Below are positions 58,334 to 64,000 of a stretch of DNA of 64,000 nt, one piece after another. A program made the position numbers and the translations under genes. The notes below the pieces were generated by a model. It made no database searches. It was not told the DNA's origin and saw nothing but the letters and a program-made list of their open reading frames with translations. Source of the stretch: Balneolaceae bacterium (lineage in GTDB: Bacteria; Bacteroidota; Rhodothermia; Balneolales; Balneolaceae); NCBI GenBank assembly GCA_007131725.1, contig SLPZ01000096.1, positions 5,220 to 69,219 of the forward strand, given 5' to 3'. Numbering within the stretch: the stretch's first letter is position 1; every line of letters begins with the position of its first letter.

Positions 58334-61045
58334 ATGGAACCGGTAACCATTAAAAAAAATATCGATACCAACGACGACCGAGATTTTGAATTTCTCCGGC
58401 GCCGCGGCCTTGAGCATATCCGGGAGCTTAGCCATAAACTCTGGACCGATTACAACAGCCACGACCCGGGAATTACTATTCTGGAAGCTCTATGTTACGC
58501 AATCACAGATCTGGGCAACCGAATCCGAATGCCGCTGCCTGATTTGCTGTCAGCAAAAGAAAATGACGGGAAACTTGTTGGAAATTTTCCATCGGCAAAA
58601 TCGATCCTCACCACTGCTGCCGTCACAGAAAACGATTACCGAAAACTGGTGATTGACATTGAAGGCGTAAAAAATGCATTTATTCACAAAAATCTCGACC
58701 AGAAAATCCACAGGCTTTGTTTCCAAAAAAGTGAGGCAACCGCAGATCATCCTCAGGGAAAACTCAGCTATATAAGCAGTGATTCCCCGCATTATGAAAA
58801 CCTCGGCACATTTACTCTGAAGGGTTTGTATGATATCTATTTTGAGCCGGATCACGATCTGCAGCTTCTTGATAAAAATTCGGAAGAGCGGAAAAACCGG
58901 ATAGATGACATCAAAGAGCAAATCATTCAGCGATATCACGCCAACAGAAATTTATGTGAAGATCTGATTCGCGTTGAAGAGGTTGAATACTACGACATTC
59001 TGGTCTGCGGAGATATTGAGATTGACCGAACCGCCAGAGCCGCCGATGTTTTGGCAGAGATAATGTTCAGGGTAAAAGAGTACCTCTCGCCAACGGTAAG
59101 ACGCTATACGCTGAACGAGTTACTTAATCAGGGTTTAGAACCCGAAGCCATTTTTGTAGGCCCGGTTCTGCAAAACGGATTTGTGCCGGATGAAGAACTG
59201 AAAAGAACGGCGGTAAAAAAGGAGATATTTCTTTCCGATCTGATCCGGATTGTGAAAGAAGTGCCGGGTGTCAAAAAAATTAAATTGCTGAAAATTGGCT
59301 CTTGCAACGGTGGCGAAGTTTCGGATGAAATTGAAGACACAACCAAACAAAAATGGAAAATCTGTCTGCCCGAAGGAGAGACAATTCTGCCGCGCCTTTG
59401 TTTGAGGCAGAGCATCCATCGAACCAATTTGTTTAAAGATGTGGTTCCGGTGTTGACATCTGATGAAGCCATAATTGAGAAAATTGATGAGTTGATCCGG
59501 CAGCATGAGCAAAGCATTTCGCTTAGCTACGATGATATGCCGGAAATAAAAGGAAATTTTACAGATACCGGACTCTACCAAACCATCCAGAACGATCTTC
59601 CCCAGCTATATGGAACCGGTGAGGCAGGATTATCACCCTCGCTTCCCGCAGAGCGGCATGCAAAAGCCAGGCAGCTGAAAGGCTACCTGCTGTTTTTTGA
59701 TCAGATACTGGTTTCCTATTTCGGGCATTTGCAGATCATGGGGAAACTGCTCTCCTCTGATGTTGGCAAATTCAGCTACATCGCCAATGCGATCAAAGAA
59801 GTAAAACATTTTGACGACATCGTAAAAAATGCCGGATCGTACAGTGGTGATGTTCAGCAGTTGCTGGAAAGTTATGACCAGTTCAAAGAGCGAAAAAATC
59901 GGTTTTTAGACCACCTTCTTGCCCGTTTTTCTGAAAATATGCAGGAGTATGCTTTTGCCATGCTCGAAGAATTCGGTGACGAACTGAGCACTGCCGCACT
60001 CTGGCATAAATCAACCCTGCTGGAAGAGTATCCCGAGCTTGGCAGATACCGGTCGAGAGCTTTCAATTACCTGGCAGGCTCAGAAAATGCCTGGGATACT
60101 TTTGATGTTTCAGGGTTTAAGCGCCGCATTTCCCGCCTGCTCGGAATACGCAATTACTCTCGCAGAAACCTGACGGATTTGAACTTTTCTTTAGTTGAGG
60201 ATGAGGATTCAGGCAAATGGTATTGGCAAATATTTGATGAGGACGGGAATCCCCGGTTTACGGGTATAAACCGTTTTGATGATGAATTACAGGCTGATGC
60301 CGACCTCTGGAAAACAGTGGCACTGGGCTGGAATCCGGCAAATATGGGGATCCGGCAAACGGGGGACGATTTTTTCCTGACTATTGCCGGCAACGGAGAA
60401 GAAGCAGCCATCGGAGAGCAGCCGTTCAGCTCTGAACAGGAAGCTGCCGATCACAAAAAATCAGCGGCACATTATCTCTACAACCGCGTGCATGATGAAG
60501 GTATGTTTGTATTTGAACATATTGTGTTTCTGCCCGACCGGGATGATGATCATTCAGGAGAGAAATTCATAAAAATCTGCATGGATTCTGACTGCGAACA
60601 GTGTAACCCGGTTGATCCGTACTCATTCCGTTTGACGGTAATTTTGCCGGGATGGACCCGCCGGTTTTCAAATCTTTATTTCAGAGAGTACGCAGAAAGT
60701 GTAATCCGGCGCGAGGCGCCGGCACATGTTCTGTGCAGAATTTGCTGGATAGGAAATGCCATCGAAGACGAAGAGGGCGAATGGAGTACGGAAGACGGCC
60801 CGATGCAGCAGCTTCAGGAACTTTACTGGAAATGGATAACCGAAAAAATGGAAAGACCGCATGATCAAAAAGAGAATGAATTTTTGAAACCTCTGGTAGA
60901 TATGCTTCACGACCTGGAAACAATCTATCCTGAGGGTAAACTGTTTGACTGCGATACTGCCGACAGCGACGACCCAGACTCTCCAATCGTATTGGGGAAA
61001 TCAACAATAGGTGAATTAAAAAACAAAGACAATGGCAACGAATAA
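58334..61045 (+). CDS. Baseplate protein (Afp12-like) with YegP-like inserted segments
   Basis: WTDYNSHDPGITILE.L.YA, RNLCED, QLKGYLLFFDQ, FLDHLLARF, DPYSF, E.PAH. ATG 58334 preferred to the overlapping track start 58292. Confidence 0.88.
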   Translation: MEPVTIKKNIDTNDDRDFEFLRRRGLEHIRELSHKLWTDYNSHDPGITILEALCYAITDLGNRIRMPLPDLLSAKENDGKLVGNFPSAKSILTTAAVTENDYRKLVIDIEGVKNAFIHKNLDQKIHRLCFQKSEATADHPQGKLSYISSDSPHYENLGTFTLKGLYDIYFEPDHDLQLLDKNSEERKNRIDDIKEQIIQRYHANRNLCEDLIRVEEVEYYDILVCGDIEIDRTARAADVLAEIMFRVKEYLSPTVRRYTLNELLNQGLEPEAIFVGPVLQNGFVPDEELKRTAVKKEIFLSDLIRIVKEVPGVKKIKLLKIGSCNGGEVSDEIEDTTKQKWKICLPEGETILPRLCLRQSIHRTNLFKDVVPVLTSDEAIIEKIDELIRQHEQSISLSYDDMPEIKGNFTDTGLYQTIQNDLPQLYGTGEAGLSPSLPAERHAKARQLKGYLLFFDQILVSYFGHLQIMGKLLSSDVGKFSYIANAIKEVKHFDDIVKNAGSYSGDVQQLLESYDQFKERKNRFLDHLLARFSENMQEYAFAMLEEFGDELSTAALWHKSTLLEEYPELGRYRSRAFNYLAGSENAWDTFDVSGFKRRISRLLGIRNYSRRNLTDLNFSLVEDEDSGKWYWQIFDEDGNPRFTGINRFDDELQADADLWKTVALGWNPANMGIRQTGDDFFLTIAGNGEEAAIGEQPFSSEQEAADHKKSAAHYLYNRVHDEGMFVFEHIVFLPDRDDDHSGEKFIKICMDSDCEQCNPVDPYSFRLTVILPGWTRRFSNLYFREYAESVIRREAPAHVLCRICWIGNAIEDEEGEWSTEDGPMQQLQELYWKWITEKMERPHDQKENEFLKPLVDMLHDLETIYPEGKLFDCDTADSDDPDSPIVLGKSTIGELKNKDNGNE

Positions 61046-64000
61046 TCTTTTAAATCAACCCACGCTCGATTACCGGAGATTTGTAAATAACCAGGTATTA
61101 ACGGACAGACAACTGAACGAGATGCTCGATTACCTGAACTACCAGGACCGGCTCTCACGATTATTATTGCACGGCGCAGGCATTGTTTGTGGCTTAAATA
61201 TCACACTAAACAACAGCCGAAACAGAATTCATTTATCGGAAGGCGTGGCACTGACTACAGCGGGAGATTTGCTGAAAATGAAAGAGACCGAGTTTAGGGG
61301 ATTTCGCAGGTTCGATGATTCAAACGTCAAGTATCCCGTTTTCCTGGAAAATGAATCCGATTCAATTGATTTATGGGCGCTTTCCACTGATACTTCGCCA
61401 TCAGACGTGCATCCGCTTGGTCAATTCCGGCAGAGATCGGATATCCGGATTCAGGATGCAGTTGCACTTCTCTATTTTGAAGATTACCTGGACGAGGAGA
61501 AAGATTGTTCTGCGGTTGATTGTGATACACAGGGTCAGCAGGTTATGCAGCGCCTTCGCGTTCTGCTGATCTCCCCGGAAGATGCGATAAAAATTGCCGA
61601 ACAAGATTCCATATTTTCGGGATTTTGGCGTAAAGGCAAAGTACCGGCAGGCCAGGCTCTATCCCGGCATTATGTTCCCAGGGTGTTGTTGTCACCCAAT
61701 AACACAAGAACCCTGGAGGAATTTCATCAGGCCTTTATTGTTTCGTTTCAGCCGCTTTCAGATAAACTGGAGGCACTTGGTGAAATAACACTGTTTAAAG
61801 AGGCTGCAGAAAATAGCAGCATTGATCCGGCCGCAGAATTGAGTGATTTAAATCCCGAATTGCTGAACATTCAGTATCACTACGGTTTTTACAAAGATCT
61901 TTCATCGGCCTATAACGAACTGAGGGAAGCTATCGCAAAACAGGTTGGACTATGCTGTCCTGATCCGGAAGCATTTCCAAAACATGTGCTTCTTGGTGAA
62001 ATATCTCAGGTTAATAAAGTATTGCGCCATCGGTTTTATCCTTCGCCTGCTCTTGGACGGCCGAAGACGAAACGGCTAATTTTTCTTTATGAGAGGATTT
62101 TACGGATGATTGAGACGTTCAGCGCAGGGATTAAAAACGAGATCAAAATTACACCTTCGAGAGATGAACATTATCCGCTTGGCAAGCGTGCAGTGCCGTT
62201 TTATTATGATTTGAGCAATGATGATGCTTCCGGTTTCCTGAACAAATGGACCGGAAACGGAGAAGATGTAATTCCAAATTATTACGGAGCATCCTATCCG
62301 GATGAAGCATTCAACCCACTGGATATTTCACTCGACGGGCACGATTTTTACCGGGTTGAGGGCCATGTTGGCCGGCATATCATAGATGCACACCGCCAAA
62401 TTCAGGCTGTTCGCGACAACAAGGCACTTCCTTTTCAAATAAAACCGATTGCCGTCGGAGCATATCCCGAGGAAGGCGCCATCGATTTTAGCAAATACCG
62501 CGTCTATTTTGATGATTTGCAGGTTGTGCTGGAAGCATGGAATAAAGAGCAGCAATGCCTTGTACGTGCGGCAACGGCATTTTTATCCGGCTTCAGCACT
62601 CAGGAGCCCGGCAAACATACAGCCTACGAAGTGATTGAAAGAATGCCTGATGACCAGGGATCATTCCTGGGTGGTAATATCGTGACTAATGTTGCTGAAC
62701 CGGTTTATGTGCCGATGTATATGATGAGTGTTGCATATCACCAGCCCGAAGCCGAAAAAAAGAAAACAAGAGAAAATCAGGTTTTGTTAAGCTATGCTGC
62801 TGCAGAGGATTCAGTCGGTTTTATGCTGAAAGACATTGTGAATACAATGGACACAAGAAACGATATTTATGTGAATATTCTGGAGAATTTTCAGCCGATT
62901 ATTGTGAACTGGCACAGCGATATCCGGGAAGTTGCCATCACCATTCCGGCGCAGTTGCTGGGATATCTGAAAGAACTTGAGGATTTAAAACTCACCGATG
63001 TTACAGAATTTTCTGATGAAGCTTTGAACCATTATCTCCGGTCGCTACATCAGCTTTCTAATCGTGCAGCATCGGCTAATAACCGGCTTCAGCATTTGAT
63101 TGCAAAAGAGGAGAGTGAAATTGCGTCACGTATATGGCTGAATGATTATTTACAATTGCTGAACCGTATTGTGGCATCGCGTTGCCTGATTGATAAAATT
63201 AAAGTGCTTTATGAAACGATACTCAATCGAAAAATGGAATTATTTGGCCGGCTGACCCTCCAGCGCTTTATCCAAGATCATCCCGGAGCAGAGCATAAAG
63301 CCGGCGTGGAGCGTGGAGGCACATTTATATTATTGTACTATTCAGGGCACAAGCCGCCTGAAACAGTAAGGCGGATTTCCGGTGTAGATGTACAAGATGT
63401 TTCACGCCTAAGCAGAGTTTCTTCCGAAGCGTATACTATGTACACTGAAAGATTTTTCCCTGAAAGTTTCGCAGCAAACACGGGCAACCTGGAATTACTC
63501 TCTTCCGAAGGCGGATTAACCCATGCTGTTGAAAGAGCACCAGTTGCAACAAATGTACCAGGAGCAGTACGTCGGCCAACTACTCCTCATGGAACTGTTA
63601 TTGGTGATTTGTGCCTGCCATATGTTTGTTGTTCAGATACTCCATCAACTACATTTGTATTTCCCGAGCAGCTTGCATCCCTGAGGATTCCGGTTGATCA
63701 TCTCTGTGTGGAACCTGACGGCAACATCAACCCGATTCCGTTATCGGTGATACCAGCAGGTGCAACTGTGAGAGCTTTCATTCAAAATCGGGAACTTGAG
63801 GGTGTAATCCAGGAGAATGAAAACGGACTGTTTTTTGATCCGGCTAATGTTCAGCAATCAGATTATGGCAGTACCATTCGGTTCGAGGTAAACGGCCAGC
63901 AGGTTGATGCAGATTTGCAAATAATACAACAGCCGTCAGCAGGCTTTTCTGTGAGTGAAGACATCCGGTTCAACAGGCAGAATACAGAAGCCATATTAAC
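61032..64000 (+). CDS. Large CIS-associated protein (Afp13/tail-fibre-like N-terminus), truncated by window edge; not in ORF track
   Basis: Manual translation: MATNNLL...FVNNQVLTDRQLNEMLDYL..QDRLSR.LLHGAGIVCGL; the same frame holds DFYRVEGHVG (about 62340), HPGAEHKAGVERGGTF (63279) and GDLCLPYVCC (about 63600). Confidence 0.8.
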   Translation, partial: MATNNLLNQPTLDYRRFVNNQVLTDRQLNEMLDYLNYQDRLSRLLLHGAGIVCGLNITLNNSRNRIHLSEGVALTTAGDLLKMKETEFRGFRRFDDSNVKYPVFLENESDSIDLWALSTDTSPSDVHPLGQFRQRSDIRIQDAVALLYFEDYLDEEKDCSAVDCDTQGQQVMQRLRVLLISPEDAIKIAEQDSIFSGFWRKGKVPAGQALSRHYVPRVLLSPNNTRTLEEFHQAFIVSFQPLSDKLEALGEITLFKEAAENSSIDPAAELSDLNPELLNIQYHYGFYKDLSSAYNELREAIAKQVGLCCPDPEAFPKHVLLGEISQVNKVLRHRFYPSPALGRPKTKRLIFLYERILRMIETFSAGIKNEIKITPSRDEHYPLGKRAVPFYYDLSNDDASGFLNKWTGNGEDVIPNYYGASYPDEAFNPLDISLDGHDFYRVEGHVGRHIIDAHRQIQAVRDNKALPFQIKPIAVGAYPEEGAIDFSKYRVYFDDLQVVLEAWNKEQQCLVRAATAFLSGFSTQEPGKHTAYEVIERMPDDQGSFLGGNIVTNVAEPVYVPMYMMSVAYHQPEAEKKKTRENQVLLSYAAAEDSVGFMLKDIVNTMDTRNDIYVNILENFQPIIVNWHSDIREVAITIPAQLLGYLKELEDLKLTDVTEFSDEALNHYLRSLHQLSNRAASANNRLQHLIAKEESEIASRIWLNDYLQLLNRIVASRCLIDKIKVLYETILNRKMELFGRLTLQRFIQDHPGAEHKAGVERGGTFILLYYSGHKPPETVRRISGVDVQDVSRLSRVSSEAYTMYTERFFPESFAANTGNLELLSSEGGLTHAVERAPVATNVPGAVRRPTTPHGTVIGDLCLPYVCCSDTPSTTFVFPEQLASLRIPVDHLCVEPDGNINPIPLSVIPAGATVRAFIQNRELEGVIQENENGLFFDPANVQQSDYGSTIRFEVNGQQVDADLQIIQQPSAGFSVSEDIRFNRQNTEAIL

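Noticed and set aside
12983-62634. Many 60-190 aa antisense or alternate-frame ORFs inside long genes
   Set aside because: Shadow ORFs of well-supported CDSs with no independent motifs.
46544-64000. Prophage or classical T6SS
   Set aside because: No head, portal, terminase or integrase, and no TssJLM, ClpV or TssB/C; the gene set fits an Afp/PVC-type CIS.
1-64000. tRNA, rRNA or CRISPR arrays
   Set aside because: No cloverleaf, rRNA-like block or regular repeat-spacer pattern recognised by eye; an Infernal or tRNAscan run would be needed to exclude them.

Overview
Bacterial chromosomal window, probably from a Balneolota/Rhodothermota-Bacteroidota lineage (inferred from the SusC/SusD pair, TAnnTTTG-type promoter boxes, acidic proteins and an Algoriphagus-like CIS gene order). 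In order it holds: (1) an AT-rich SusC/SusD locus with phosphoester hydrolases (PafA-type phosphatase, NPP-type enzyme, GDPD) and a beta-helix enzyme, divergent from a Na/Pi cotransporter; (2) an RND operon (adaptor plus two RND paralogues); (3) housekeeping genes (msrC-like GAF, MarC, DinB, AGCS symporter with a probable CTG start, lpdA, three tandem tonB paralogues, lipB, lipA, plsY, gpsA, AlbA_2 protein, IscA/ErpA, PAP2, hslO, leucine dehydrogenase, MmcQ/YjbR, tyrA); (4) a three-gene operon encoding an ATP/ADP-translocase (NTT/TLC)-family transporter, an Omp85 barrel and a lipoprotein with HipA/PI3-4K-like kinase motifs, which is the best candidate here for an undescribed system (extracytoplasmic phosphorylation supplied by exported ATP); and (5) the first 17.5 kb of an Afp/PVC/AlgoCIS-type contractile injection system that runs off the right edge. 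Small non-coding elements include a 135-bp MITE with a 4-bp target duplication, a REP-like pair with a nested insertion, and a duplicated tonB 3' element with a compensatory base change. No rRNA, tRNA or CRISPR array was recognised. All family assignments come from motif recognition by eye; no searches were run.
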